64,000 nt of DNA from Candidatus Omnitrophota bacterium. GTDB lineage: Bacteria > Omnitrophota > Omnitrophia > Omnitrophales > Aquincolibacteriaceae. Position 1 is the stretch's first letter. Every line of letters starts with the position of its first letter. The stretch spans positions 274,679-338,678 of the forward strand of contig JAKLIQ010000001.1 of assembly GCA_022709525.1 (NCBI GenBank), read 5' to 3'. The translations under genes and the position numbers were made by a program. The notes under the pieces are model-generated. The model was given only the letters and a program-made list of their open reading frames with translations, did no database searches and was not told the origin of the DNA. Below are positions 1-10,782 of the stretch, piece by piece.

Positions 1-76
1 AGACAAAGTGTCTTCAAACAAGGGTAGGGCCTTGCAATCGCAGGGGATTTTTTAAATCATCGGGGACCGAAAGTCC

Positions 77-3000
77 GTGAATTTAAAAATGGATTCCGAC
101 AACATAAAAAAATATCACAAAGAGCTTTCCGCCCTTTCCAGGGCTCTCTCTGGCTATCTTCAGGAATTGCCCCGCGCCGGCTACCTCTGGCCCTTTTTCA
201 TAACGCGTTTCCTGGATAAACTCGGGAAACTCAAACAAGGGAAATTCCGGTATGCCACTCCGAGCCAGCACAATTTCGTGATGTCCGACATCATGGTAAA
301 AAAAGCCATCGGAAGCATCGTCTGCCGGGAAATGGCAGGTAGCAGCCGCCAATACAGGAGAAAAGACCGGGCGATCCATCAAAGACTTTCCGGGCTTTAC
401 GATGAGGTTCAGACATGCCAGGCAAAAGACCGGGCCGTTGACGCGGATATCCTCCGCAGGATCAGGAATCTGGAAAAAAGCCGGTCCTTTCTTCAAAACA
501 GGATCCAGGAGCGGAAACTGAGATTCCAAGGCGAATTGAGCGAAGCATTCATCGCCATTTTTGAAAGCGAAACGGCATCGTTAAGCCCTGTAAAAGACCT
601 TCGGGACTATGAGACCCTTTTATTCCGCCTGACCGATGCCGTCCGGTCCAACGATCAGAACGCCATTAAGGCCGGGGCTCAGGCCTTGGCCGAAAAGCTT
701 CAAGTTCCCGGGGAGCTCTTCTCGCAAAGTCTCGCCGGCCGCCGCATCGGCAATCATGAACTGAACCTTCTTGGTAAATTCATCAAAGCCCTTGAAAACT
801 CAAAACAATACCCGGATGCCGTCGCCGCTCTTAAGGAGTTCAGCCGTTACCGGAAGGGCAAGCTTTTTGTCGCCCAGCTTCGCGAGGTCAAGGGAACCCG
901 GATCTCGGACGCGTTCGTTAAAAGCAAGCAGGCGCAGTGTTTTGAATATCTTGTTAAAGGCCAGCGTTTGTTCTTTGCGGCCATGGTGGCTTTTGTTCCG
1001 TCGCTTTTAGTCTACGGGGTCGACAGTATTCCTTACCTGCCGGCCGTCACGCTCTTTTGGATGGTCGTTTGTTTTGGGGTGACCTATTATATTTCCTGGG
1101 TGCCCTCCCACAAGATATCGCTTTTCCTCATGAGCGTTTTCGCGGATATTCCGGGGCATAAGAAAGTCCGGGATGTCGTGTCCTATATCCATACCCGCTA
1201 CAGCGAAAAGGACCCTCTTAAGATCGATTATGTCATCGCCAAAAAAAGCGAGAACGACGCGGATGCCGAGATCGCGCGCTTCTATTTCAGAAAATCCATC
1301 CAGGCGCTTGCCCCCACGCTTGAAACCTTCGGCAAAAAACTTCTTTTAGTGTTCCACCTCTGGTCCGACACCAAAGAGGACAAGATCATCGATTATGAGA
1401 TCAAGATGATGCAGGGGCTTCACGGGGAGTTCCCGCAGGAGAACCTGATCTTCTGTTATGCCAACCGTTCAAAAAGCGAATGGTTCGACAACACAAAATT
1501 CGGCATGGCAAAGGCCGGGGGGTTTGCCGGCAAAGTGGGCTGCATCGGTAACTTCCTTCATTTCATGAATACAGGGGAGACCAAGCCCCGCCTTTTCATC
1601 GATGAAGGGTTCGAGGCGACCCAAAACCGTAACGTGCCCCTTTTCTGTCATTTCTGGTCGAGTGACCTGGTCCGGGCTTTTGGGATCCAGCAGGGCAAAG
1701 AGCGCCTTGACCAAGAAGGGATCCTTCGGAAGATCCTGGGGGGCGAAGATGTCGCGATCGATCCGGAAAAAATATCAGAATACTGTTTCATGATGGATGA
1801 TAAGAACGAGCTCTATCCGGGCGAACTGGAAAAAGCGATCGCCATCATGGCCCACCCTGAGAACAGCCATATCGTGATCGGCCAGCCGCATATCACCATC
1901 ACGCCGCCTTTCCACGAGGGAAAAGCCAAGGAGAGCACTTTTTGGAAGATCATGAAAGGCGAGCGGGACATCGAGAACGAGATCAATACCAAGATCGTTT
2001 CGGGCCTCTACGGCAAAGAAAGGGCTTTTTTCGGCAAGGGATTTATCCGGACCAAACTTTATTACGAGCGGGTCTTCAAGAACGAGACCCTTTCGCCTAC
2101 CAAATTGCGTTCGCACGACTGGCAGGAATCCATTTTCAGCCGGAATTGCGAAGGCTTTTTCGGGGCGAAACGTTTCATCGTCAAAAAGATCCTGGAGCGG
2201 CCGGGAACCGCTGTCTTGAGGGTCGAATTGCCCGATGCGACCTCGTTCATCAAAATAGAAAAAGAAGAGGACGGTTCCGTGGCCGTTTCTCATCTGGACC
2301 TTTTTTCCGGCGTGTACAGATTTTCAAGGACCTTCCGCCATCTTGAGGGTCTGGACATGGACGAAACCGTCAAATACGTGGCCAATTTCTACGGCAACGC
2401 GGTTTTTGTCGGCGAGCGCGATCAGCTGCATTTTGTCACTCACATCATCCGCGACGAACGGTGGTTGATCGGCGATTTCCAGGCCCTCCGGACGCTGATC
2501 GCTTATTGGAAGATCCTGACGCCTTACCATCAATGGCATTTCAGCTGGGCCATGGGGAGGATCCTGCTCGATGTCGGGCTTTTTGTTTTCATTATGCTGA
2601 TGTGCCTGCTTTGGATCTTTCAGTTCTTTTTTGTTCTGCCCACCAGTTCGAGCGCCTATTACGTCACGCTGGTACTGGCGTTCTTCGGCATTATCGTGGT
2701 GCATCGGTTCATCGATCCCATGCGGTATTTCGTGCGGCGGGCGCATGCCGAAGGGCGCGCCGTCAGGCCTTTGGCTTTTACGGTCGAATTCGTCAACCAA
2801 TTCTTCCGCAGCGTCATGCTGACGCTTGAAACGACCATGTCCGCCCTCCAGCTCACCATCATCAAGCCGCTTTTGACGCATCTTGTGTACCGGGCTGAAA
2901 AATACAACAAAGTCCCCGAATGGAAGACTTCCAGCACGCTTTCCCTTATGGAGCTTGAAGAAAAGATCACGCCCCAGGAGTTCAAGGATATCAAGATCGA

Positions 3001-6000
3001 TGAGGCCCAGAAAGCGGGGCTTTTTATTACCGGAATCGCGGCCACTTATGTGCTGACGGGAATCGCGCCCTTCGCCGTGCTCGGTATTTTCGGCATCTTG
3101 CCGTGGGCGGGTTCTCTGATGTTCGGGCGTTACGTGATCCAAGCCATGGGGCGAGTCAGGGATTACCGTGACATTCCGGTTCCTTTTAAGCAAAAGGTCA
3201 AAAGCGCGTGCATCGGGCTCGGAGTTTTTCTCCTCGCCCTTTCCGCGATCGGCGCCGTGAGGAATATTCCGACTGAAAATAAACCCGAGATCGTCAAATT
3301 ACTTTTACCTGAAAGCAGGGACCGGTACAGCTATTCCGACAGCGAGAACAGGCTGCTTGAAAAAATGCGCACGGATCTGGAAAAGATCGAGTTCTATATC
3401 CCGGAGAAGGTCGTCAAAAGCAAGTTAACGCCTCTTTTAAAAACCCGGGAGGGAAAGGCCGAGCAGCTTTTTGAGATCGAACCGTTGCTGGAAAGGCTGA
3501 CAAACGCCATCCCTACCCTCAAACCTCAAAAAAGGGAAGTGATCGCTCCCCCGATCAAGGCCTTGCCGGCACCGCTCGAGGCGCCCGAGATCTCGGATCC
3601 CGAGGCGTTCCAAGATTTTTTCAAGGTGGCGCACAAAATGGGCAACCAGCGGTTCCTTCTTTCGGTCCTCCTAGCCGGCGGCAAATTTTTTCTTTCCATG
3701 GAATTCTTTCCGGCGGCCATCGCGATCCTCGCGATCGACCGCGTGGAAGGGCTTGGCATGATCCTGAAATATTTCAGGAAATACCCCTGGTTCACGCTCA
3801 AGGACCCGCTGGCCGCGCAATTCTGGTTCGAGGCCAGCAAGCTTAGCGGTCTTTCGATGAAGAGGATCGCTAAAGTTTTTCTATGGGAGGAAACAAAAAA
3901 ATATTGGGATTGCGATTTCGCCCACCAGCGGAGCGTCTGGAAACGTTATGAATATTTGCAGCGGGGGGTGCTTTCGCTTTATTACGGAGGTCTTGAGGTC
4001 AATGAAGAGAATCTAAGGAAATTTTTTACCGAATACGCGCGGATGGAGGAATTCCACAAGCGTTATCCTTACGTTCCCCTCAAGCCGTTCCGGCCCATCC
4101 CGGAATCGGTCATGCTTCTTTTTAAAATACTGGGCACGGGCATTTTTTACGTTCCTATTTTTGATACAGCATTTTTACTGGACATCCCCTTCGGGACCGT
4201 GCTTAGCATTGTCGAGACCATCGTTACACCGTACGGCGGGAAGCTCGAATACCTGATCACGATGGCCATGAAGAACAATATCTCGGTCGATGAGGTCATG
4301 AACAGGATCGGTTTCGATTACATTAATTACGCCTGGAAAAAGACCAAGATCCCCGGCGAAATGTATAAGGTGAACAAAGAACGCTATCTGGAGGATTTCA
4401 GAAGGAAAGGCGTGGAGAAGGTGGCTTGCGAAAAAAGCAACATCAAGCTCATATGCCTTATTTCGGATTACCGTATGGCCTCGGAGATCTGGAATGCCCT
4501 CGACAAGGGGGCGCATCCGACGAACGCCCAGTTGCTTGCGATCAGCAACCAGCTCCACAAAGATCTGAAGAAGATCTGGAAAACGCTCGGGAAAAAATAC
4601 CCCGCTCTGCGCGACGGTTTCAAAGCTAAAGGTATCGGAGAGAACCTCGCGGCGCGGTATTACGTGATCCGCGAAAAATACGGGTGGGGGATCGATCAAT
4701 TCGTGGATTACCTGGCGCCGCAGCTCGAGGAAGTCCGCAAGCTCAAGGAAGAGGATTTTCAGATCGACGAGAATATCATCCACGAGATCATGTTCCAGAA
4801 CGAGATCCGGCAGAACCAGCTTTATGACGATCCGAGACTTCTGGAATTCGAGCACCGCGACGCCATCGCTTCACTGGAAAAGAAAGTGGAGAAACAGTCC
4901 GACGCCGGCAAACAAATGACGGGGTATCTCTGGCTCTCGGCCCTGATCGCGGACGCGAAGAACAACGACATCGCCGCGACGCCACAAGAGCTTGTGGATA
5001 AATTCATGGAGATATACCGCAAGGGGAACTCCATCGGCTACACTTCAAAGCCCTGGTGGGATAAAAGCGGTTATTTGACGCTTATTTACTACAAGGCCCG
5101 CTTCCAGGACGTCGATTCGCTTTTCAAATATTTCAAAAAGGAATTCGATTATTCCAACGCGTGGCATGCCGAAAAAATGCCTCTGCCCGAAGGTTTTGTC
5201 GACGGCGCCGCTTCCAGCGCTTTCCGTGACATGGGCTATACTCCCGAAGAGGTCAAGATGCTCGTGGCCGAGACCCCCGAAAAACTCAAAGCCGACATCG
5301 CCTATGAATTCCTGGCGGAACTTTTCTTGACGGCCCAGTACAACGGTATCCAGGTAAAGCCGCGCGAGCTCGCGTCGGAATTCATGGTTTTCTATCGCGC
5401 CGGTCTCGCGTCTCCCTATGACCGGATCCCGTGGTGGAGCGTGGGCGGCTACCTCGTGCTTGAATATTACAAGAACAAAGAGCGGCGCGGGTGGAAGGAT
5501 ATGAACGATTACTTTTCTTTTTATGCCAAGACCTTTGCCCAGATCAACCGGTGGTTGACGGAGGATCTTGCCCTGCCCCCGGGCTTTGAGTATGAGAACG
5601 CTTTCCGTCTCCAGGTCATCAAAAGGAAATTGCCTTCCGATCCAAGGGTCTCCGCGGAAGAGAACAAGGGCGTGCTGCAGGTGATCGAGGATAATGTCCA
5701 GAATGAGACCGGGCTTATCAAACGGTACAACGCCTATATGACCTTGGCCAGGATCAAGGAGGATTATCAGCTTGATTTCGGCCGCGAGCTGGACGACGCC
5801 GGGGTCCTGAAGCTTGCCCAGACGCTCATGATATTTTGGAAAGAGCTTCCTGCCCGGTACCCCCAATTGCCTTTTTTTGTTCCGGGAATTGTGGAGAAGC
5901 TCGCTATCGACTCTTTCGCGTTCTCGGACCCGCATGAGATCGAAAAAACCGCGCACCTTGCCGAGATCAATGCGTTCTGGGACACCCCGATCCCTTCTTC

Positions 6001-7624
6001 GATCGAAGACGCTCTTCGCAACGAGATCGAAGCCAGGACCGGCATATGGATCGCGGACAGGAAGGGACTGCACTACGCCGCCCTGCAGACAGCCATCGGC
6101 ATTTTAAACGGCCTTGGCGTCGAACTTTCCAGTCCCCACATCGTTCAGATCCTGCAGATAAGGCGTTTGATCAAAAGCGTTGCTTCCCGTTATCCCGATC
6201 TTGATCTTTCCAGGGAAGGAAGCTCTGAATGGATCGCGGTATTCGCTTTGAAGAAAGGGATACCTTTTCCAGAACTCGAGGAAAAATACCTTAAACCCAT
6301 GCAGGAGTTGTACAAACCGGCCGAGAACGCTTATACCCCGTATGAGCTCGAATTAGCGGTGGAGCGGGTCCGGTCCATCAATCAAAGGGATATGGCCCTG
6401 ATCACCGAGACTTATGGCCTCAAAGATAAGGGCTATATCTCCGAACCCAAGACCGCCTCGAGGGACGTCCTTCTCAACACGATCTGGTACCACCTTCAAA
6501 GAAGCTACGACATCGGGGCCGATCCCGGCGATCTGCGGGATTTCTTCAAGATCCTCGGGGCCGTCAAAAGGTCCAATATGGAAGAACTTGTTCAGATCCG
6601 CGACATCGAGCACCTGGAGGAATGGCAGGGGAAGATGGACTCCATTTCCTATCAGCTGCTTCCCATTTATAAAAATCCGAAAGCACTGACCCGCGTCAAA
6701 TCGGGCGATGATTTCCTCTACCGGTTCCTCGCCAATTACCAACTTGTGCGCGAAGATAAGATCATTTCCGCGGAATTAAGAGAAACAACCGCCGCCGAAA
6801 AAGACGTTTCCGAATCCCTCCGGTTCCTCTGGCCCCTTTGGATGTCAATGGGCGATGTCTCGGCTTCCGTGATGCAGCGCATCACCTCGAAGATGGATGC
6901 GGCGGGGCAGATGTACCGCGAAATATTAGGCATAGAACCCGAGGCGGACTCCGCCGTCAAATTCAATGAAGCGGTCAACCTGCATCTTCTCGGAAAATAC
7001 GGCAAGTTCCTTGTCAATCAAAGGACCTTGTATCAGCGCTCGCAGACTTCCTGGTGGACCAACTACATGGTAAAGATCGCCTACAAAAGGCTTTTCGGCG
7101 AGCATTTGGAAGAAAGTACCAGGAAAGGCCGCCGGGTCCTGAAGAACATGCAGACCTGGTACAGCCGCGTCAAATTGCGCGATCCCCACAGGATCGTGCT
7201 GCAGGAAATGATGCAAGGTTTGGCGAACCACGGTTCCGTCAAAAGGATAGGTCTTTTCAGGCCGGTTTTCTCGGGCAAGGACGAATATCATAAAAGACTC
7301 GCGAGGTTCCGGGATTACATCCGCCACCTTGATGACGAGATCGTCGCGCTCAAAGAAGAAAAACGCTACACCGCCAATCTGGAAAAAATAAGGGCGGAGG
7401 TCCAAAAGGATCTTATCCGGCTTGAGAACGCCCCAGAGGAGCTCTCTCTTATGGCCGTAGAGGCCGAACGGCTCCTCGGGATATGCCAGAAGAGGCACAG
7501 CATTGATTCCACGTTCGTTACCGCGCTTATCTTCTCGGGCTTGTTCATTTATTATCTGCTGACCCGCCTTGTCTTTTTTGCCCGCAAGGCCGCTTTGGGC
7601 GTTCACCGCGCTCAACCCGCGTAG
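77..7624 (+). CDS. Giant (~2515 aa) multi-pass membrane protein of unknown function with an internal tandem duplication
   Basis: Single uninterrupted 7.5-kb ORF (GTG at 77, alternative ATG at 89). There are at least four hydrophobic helix clusters (aa ~300-350, ~800-880, ~975-1060, ~1190-1220). A ~100-aa duplicated segment is present (ELVDKFMEIYRKGNSIGYTSKPWWDKSGYLTLIYYKARF... / ELASEFMVFYRAGLASPYDRIPWWSVGGYLVLEYYKNKERR...). No catalytic motif recognised. Confidence 0.6.
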   Translation: MNLKMDSDNIKKYHKELSALSRALSGYLQELPRAGYLWPFFITRFLDKLGKLKQGKFRYATPSQHNFVMSDIMVKKAIGSIVCREMAGSSRQYRRKDRAIHQRLSGLYDEVQTCQAKDRAVDADILRRIRNLEKSRSFLQNRIQERKLRFQGELSEAFIAIFESETASLSPVKDLRDYETLLFRLTDAVRSNDQNAIKAGAQALAEKLQVPGELFSQSLAGRRIGNHELNLLGKFIKALENSKQYPDAVAALKEFSRYRKGKLFVAQLREVKGTRISDAFVKSKQAQCFEYLVKGQRLFFAAMVAFVPSLLVYGVDSIPYLPAVTLFWMVVCFGVTYYISWVPSHKISLFLMSVFADIPGHKKVRDVVSYIHTRYSEKDPLKIDYVIAKKSENDADAEIARFYFRKSIQALAPTLETFGKKLLLVFHLWSDTKEDKIIDYEIKMMQGLHGEFPQENLIFCYANRSKSEWFDNTKFGMAKAGGFAGKVGCIGNFLHFMNTGETKPRLFIDEGFEATQNRNVPLFCHFWSSDLVRAFGIQQGKERLDQEGILRKILGGEDVAIDPEKISEYCFMMDDKNELYPGELEKAIAIMAHPENSHIVIGQPHITITPPFHEGKAKESTFWKIMKGERDIENEINTKIVSGLYGKERAFFGKGFIRTKLYYERVFKNETLSPTKLRSHDWQESIFSRNCEGFFGAKRFIVKKILERPGTAVLRVELPDATSFIKIEKEEDGSVAVSHLDLFSGVYRFSRTFRHLEGLDMDETVKYVANFYGNAVFVGERDQLHFVTHIIRDERWLIGDFQALRTLIAYWKILTPYHQWHFSWAMGRILLDVGLFVFIMLMCLLWIFQFFFVLPTSSSAYYVTLVLAFFGIIVVHRFIDPMRYFVRRAHAEGRAVRPLAFTVEFVNQFFRSVMLTLETTMSALQLTIIKPLLTHLVYRAEKYNKVPEWKTSSTLSLMELEEKITPQEFKDIKIDEAQKAGLFITGIAATYVLTGIAPFAVLGIFGILPWAGSLMFGRYVIQAMGRVRDYRDIPVPFKQKVKSACIGLGVFLLALSAIGAVRNIPTENKPEIVKLLLPESRDRYSYSDSENRLLEKMRTDLEKIEFYIPEKVVKSKLTPLLKTREGKAEQLFEIEPLLERLTNAIPTLKPQKREVIAPPIKALPAPLEAPEISDPEAFQDFFKVAHKMGNQRFLLSVLLAGGKFFLSMEFFPAAIAILAIDRVEGLGMILKYFRKYPWFTLKDPLAAQFWFEASKLSGLSMKRIAKVFLWEETKKYWDCDFAHQRSVWKRYEYLQRGVLSLYYGGLEVNEENLRKFFTEYARMEEFHKRYPYVPLKPFRPIPESVMLLFKILGTGIFYVPIFDTAFLLDIPFGTVLSIVETIVTPYGGKLEYLITMAMKNNISVDEVMNRIGFDYINYAWKKTKIPGEMYKVNKERYLEDFRRKGVEKVACEKSNIKLICLISDYRMASEIWNALDKGAHPTNAQLLAISNQLHKDLKKIWKTLGKKYPALRDGFKAKGIGENLAARYYVIREKYGWGIDQFVDYLAPQLEEVRKLKEEDFQIDENIIHEIMFQNEIRQNQLYDDPRLLEFEHRDAIASLEKKVEKQSDAGKQMTGYLWLSALIADAKNNDIAATPQELVDKFMEIYRKGNSIGYTSKPWWDKSGYLTLIYYKARFQDVDSLFKYFKKEFDYSNAWHAEKMPLPEGFVDGAASSAFRDMGYTPEEVKMLVAETPEKLKADIAYEFLAELFLTAQYNGIQVKPRELASEFMVFYRAGLASPYDRIPWWSVGGYLVLEYYKNKERRGWKDMNDYFSFYAKTFAQINRWLTEDLALPPGFEYENAFRLQVIKRKLPSDPRVSAEENKGVLQVIEDNVQNETGLIKRYNAYMTLARIKEDYQLDFGRELDDAGVLKLAQTLMIFWKELPARYPQLPFFVPGIVEKLAIDSFAFSDPHEIEKTAHLAEINAFWDTPIPSSIEDALRNEIEARTGIWIADRKGLHYAALQTAIGILNGLGVELSSPHIVQILQIRRLIKSVASRYPDLDLSREGSSEWIAVFALKKGIPFPELEEKYLKPMQELYKPAENAYTPYELELAVERVRSINQRDMALITETYGLKDKGYISEPKTASRDVLLNTIWYHLQRSYDIGADPGDLRDFFKILGAVKRSNMEELVQIRDIEHLEEWQGKMDSISYQLLPIYKNPKALTRVKSGDDFLYRFLANYQLVREDKIISAELRETTAAEKDVSESLRFLWPLWMSMGDVSASVMQRITSKMDAAGQMYREILGIEPEADSAVKFNEAVNLHLLGKYGKFLVNQRTLYQRSQTSWWTNYMVKIAYKRLFGEHLEESTRKGRRVLKNMQTWYSRVKLRDPHRIVLQEMMQGLANHGSVKRIGLFRPVFSGKDEYHKRLARFRDYIRHLDDEIVALKEEKRYTANLEKIRAEVQKDLIRLENAPEELSLMAVEAERLLGICQKRHSIDSTFVTALIFSGLFIYYLLTRLVFFARKAALGVHRAQPA

Positions 7625-7732
7625 TTTTTAAAATCCTCTCTTCCCGCGGGTCCGGTAAAACCTCCCTTGATAGGGAAGCCGCGGGAGTTTAGAATAACCC
7701 CGCTTGTTCTTATCCGGAGGGAGCCGTCTTCA

Positions 7733-8569
7733 ATGGAAAAAATCGGGATCATTGTTAATCAAAAGAAAAAAGGCGCTATTGAGCTTGGCGAAAAGCTCAA
7801 GGAATGGCTTGCGAAACGGGACATTCCGGCGAAGGACTCTTCATCCGCATCGATCGAGGAGCTTATCGAAGGCTCGACCTTTCTGATCTGTCTCGGTGGC
7901 GACGGGACCATTCTTTCGGTTGTAAGCCGTATGAAGGCCCGCGTAGTCCCGATCCTGGGCGTTAATTTCGGGAAGCTCGGTTTTTTAACGGAAGCCAAGG
8001 CCGACGAAGTTTTTGAGGAGCTGAACGCGTATCTTCATCAAAAGCCCCTGGTGGATAAGCGTCTGATGCTTTCCTGCACCGTTAAAGGCAAGAAGAACGT
8101 TCAAGATCGGCGTTTTGTCGCTTTAAATGATATCGTGATCAGCCGGGAAGGCCTGGCGCGCATCCTGCAGCTGGATGTTATTATCTCGGGGGAGAAATTC
8201 ACGAGTTTCCGCGGGGACGGCCTCGTGATCGCTTCGCCGACCGGGTCCACCGCCTACTCGCTTTCGGCGGGCGGCGCGGTCGTGCATCCGAAACTTGAAG
8301 CGTTGCTGATCACGCCTATATGCCCTCATGCTTTGAATCTGCGCGCGCTTGTCATCGCGGCGGATGAAAAGATCACGGTCCGCATCCGCACCGAACATCC
8401 CAACGAAAAAGCCCTCCTGACCGCGGATGGTCAAGAAAAGATCGAAATCGACGATAGCTATATTGTCGAGGTAACCCGTTTTCACATGCCTTTGACTCTG
8501 GTCAAAAGCACGAAGCGGAGCTATCTCGAGACGCTCAGGGAGAACTTCAAGTTCCCCGATTTTGAATAG
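7733..8569 (+). CDS. nadK: NAD+ kinase
   Basis: GGDGT motif (LICLGGDGTILSV), NFGKLGFL and GDGLVIASPTGSTAYSLSAGG motifs typical of NadK/PpnK. The ATG at 7733 follows a GGAGGG RBS; the ORF track begins upstream at 7667. Confidence 0.85.
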   Translation: MEKIGIIVNQKKKGAIELGEKLKEWLAKRDIPAKDSSSASIEELIEGSTFLICLGGDGTILSVVSRMKARVVPILGVNFGKLGFLTEAKADEVFEELNAYLHQKPLVDKRLMLSCTVKGKKNVQDRRFVALNDIVISREGLARILQLDVIISGEKFTSFRGDGLVIASPTGSTAYSLSAGGAVVHPKLEALLITPICPHALNLRALVIAADEKITVRIRTEHPNEKALLTADGQEKIEIDDSYIVEVTRFHMPLTLVKSTKRSYLETLRENFKFPDFE

Positions 8570-8607
8570 CGCCCTTTCAAAAGGAGGGTAGTTCTATCGT
8601 CAAACTT

Positions 8608-8961
8608 TTGATCGTCGATGATGAAAAAATGATCTGCGAGGAATTCCGCGAGACCCTCGAACAAGAGGGGTATGAGGTCGATTGCGCCTTAAACGGCAAG
8701 GATGGTATCCAGAAGATCCAGAAAAACGATTACAATCTTGTTTTTCTTGATTCCGCGATGCCTATGATGGACGGCAAGAAAGTCCTGGAACGGATCCGCC
8801 ATTTCAGCCGCGTGCCGGTGGCCTTTATCACGGGATTTCTTCCCGAACATAAAGAAAAGGAGATCCTCCACCTCGGCGCGATGGTGTGCCTGCGGAAACC
8901 CTTGGACCTTGACCGCGTCAAAACCGTTATTCATACTGTGGCCCGTTCTGCACGTGACTGA
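8608..8961 (+). CDS. Single-domain response regulator (CheY-like receiver)
   Basis: LIVDDE N-terminus, acidic pocket and the phospho-acceptor region LVFLDSAMPMMDG; ~117 aa with no output domain; TTG start after an AAGGAGGG RBS. Confidence 0.7.
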   Translation: MIVDDEKMICEEFRETLEQEGYEVDCALNGKDGIQKIQKNDYNLVFLDSAMPMMDGKKVLERIRHFSRVPVAFITGFLPEHKEKEILHLGAMVCLRKPLDLDRVKTVIHTVARSARD

Positions 8962-9004
8962 TCCCGGATTTTAGATTTAAATTTTCAAATTTGAGATTTT
9001 AACC

Positions 9005-10369
9005 ATGTCCGACATTCGAGTAAGGTTCGCTCCATCTCCAACGGGGTATCTCCACATCGGCGGCGTCCGCACCGCGCTTTTTAATTATCTCTATGCCCGC
9101 CAGCAGGGCGGGAAATTCCTCCTTCGCATCGAGGATACCGACCGCCAGCGCTCAACGCCGGAATTCGAACGCGAAATCCTTGATTCCCTAAAGTGGCTCG
9201 GTCTTGATTGGGACGAGGAATTGGTCCATCAAAGCAAGCGGCTTGATAGGTACCGCGAGATTGCGCAGGAGCTGATCGCCAAAGGGGCGGCCTACGAATC
9301 GGAGGGCGCGATCAAATTCAAGATGCCCCAGACCGCCGTCAAAGTCTATGACATTGTCCGCGACGAAGTGGCTTACGATTCAAAAGAGTTCGACGATCTT
9401 GTCATCATGAAATCCGACGGGTTTCCGGTCTTTCATCTTGCCGTAGTGGTCGACGACCATGATATGGGGATCACGCATGTGATCCGCGGCGAGGACCATC
9501 TGACGAATACGCCGCGTCACATCCTGCTCCAGCAGGCGCTCGGGTGGAAATCGCCCAAGTACGCGCATCTTCCGCTCATTTTCGGTTCAGACGGTACGCC
9601 GCTTTCCAAACGCCACGGCGCGGTGGCCGTCACCGAATACCGCAATAAAGGTTTTCTTCCGCAGGGACTCGTCAATTATCTTGCGCTTTTAGGATGGAAT
9701 CCGGGGACCCCGCAGGAGATCTTTACGCTGCCTGAGCTTGTGAAGCAATTTTCCTTGAAACGCGTTATCAAGTCGAACGCCCAGTTCAATCCCGAAAAAC
9801 TCCTTTGGGTGAACGGCCAGCATATCCGCGCTTTACCCGGCGAAGTTTATGAAGACCAGATCACGGCGTTCTGGAAAGAGAAGCCCCATTCTCCATCAAA
9901 AGAATTAAAAATTAATGGGACTAGCCCTGGCAACCTTTCATCAGAAAAAGATAGAGGCCAGGGCAAGATACCGGAGATGTCCGAAGAAAAATGGCGAAAG
10001 CTGATCGCGCTTTACCGGCCGCGCATCCAAACCTACGGGGATCTTAAGGACCAAGCGGCTTATTGTTTCGCCGAACCGGAATATAAAGACGCCCAGCTCA
10101 TGAATGAGATCAAAGGGAATAAGTCTGTTACCGGCCTTCTTAAACAGCTTTATGGCGTTCTTGAGGAGTTAGGCGATTTCGAAGAGGTTGAGTTATTGGA
10201 TCAAAAAACGAAACAGGTGGCTGAAGAGGCGGGATTAAAACCCAAAGATATCATCCACCCGCTTCGTTTTGTCCTGACAGGCGGCACCGCCAGCCCCGGC
10301 ATTTTTGAGCTTATGAGCCTTCTCGGCAAAGACACCTGTCTCAAGCGGCTCTCCGCCTTTCTTTCCTAA
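9005..10369 (+). CDS. gltX: Glutamyl-tRNA synthetase
   Basis: Class I aaRS signature RFAPSPTGYLHIGGVRTALFN (HIGH-type) and the GluRS catalytic-core pattern; 454 aa. Confidence 0.9.
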   Translation: MSDIRVRFAPSPTGYLHIGGVRTALFNYLYARQQGGKFLLRIEDTDRQRSTPEFEREILDSLKWLGLDWDEELVHQSKRLDRYREIAQELIAKGAAYESEGAIKFKMPQTAVKVYDIVRDEVAYDSKEFDDLVIMKSDGFPVFHLAVVVDDHDMGITHVIRGEDHLTNTPRHILLQQALGWKSPKYAHLPLIFGSDGTPLSKRHGAVAVTEYRNKGFLPQGLVNYLALLGWNPGTPQEIFTLPELVKQFSLKRVIKSNAQFNPEKLLWVNGQHIRALPGEVYEDQITAFWKEKPHSPSKELKINGTSPGNLSSEKDRGQGKIPEMSEEKWRKLIALYRPRIQTYGDLKDQAAYCFAEPEYKDAQLMNEIKGNKSVTGLLKQLYGVLEELGDFEEVELLDQKTKQVAEEAGLKPKDIIHPLRFVLTGGTASPGIFELMSLLGKDTCLKRLSAFLS

Positions 10370-10509
10370 TATTTCCCATATCCTTCTTGATGGGGAGAGG
10401 TCTTTCTTGGATTTTTATTTAAAATAATATAAGTTATTATAATTAAGCAAATATAAATGACAATACACTTGTCTATACAATAAATTTGTGATATTCTTGA
10501 GGTAGTAGC

Positions 10510-10782
10510 GTGAAGGTTAAATGGTGCGTTGAAAAGGATCGGGTGCTTAAATTTCGTTACGGCATTTCTTTTGGAAGATTAATAAAATGCCGGAAAATAG
10601 GGGTAATGCCACATCCCGCAAGAAGGAACCAGCGGTTGATGTTTTTTGAGCGGGGAGGGTATGTGTGGGTCATTCCGTTTATACAAGGCGAAGATGAGCT
10701 ATTCTTGAAAACATTTTACCCGAGCCGGAAGTACACCCGGCTTTATAAAGAGGGGTGGTTCCATGAAAAAAAAGAAGATTGA
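10510..10782 (+). CDS. BrnT-like (DUF497 family) type II toxin
   Basis: ~90 aa. The central GISF... segment and the C-terminal ...GYVWVIPFIQGEDELFLKTFYPSRKYTRLYKE resemble the BrnT/DUF497 ribonuclease toxin layout. GTG start. It lies in an AT-rich insert between gltX and glnS. Confidence 0.5.
   Translation: MKVKWCVEKDRVLKFRYGISFGRLIKCRKIGVMPHPARRNQRLMFFERGGYVWVIPFIQGEDELFLKTFYPSRKYTRLYKEGWFHEKKED

Noticed and set aside
1775-7615. Long minus-strand ORFs (1775-2293, 2324-3193, 4175-4855, 5045-6073, 6926-7615) inside the giant plus-strand gene
   Set aside because: They are antisense to a continuous 7.5-kb ORF in GC-rich DNA and have Arg/Pro/Gly-rich low-complexity translations with no motifs. 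Long antisense ORFs of this kind are expected by chance at this GC content.
8962-9004. Short AT-rich reiterated gatttta/aatttt motifs upstream of gltX
   Set aside because: Too short and degenerate to call a repeat element; most likely just the gltX promoter/UP region.
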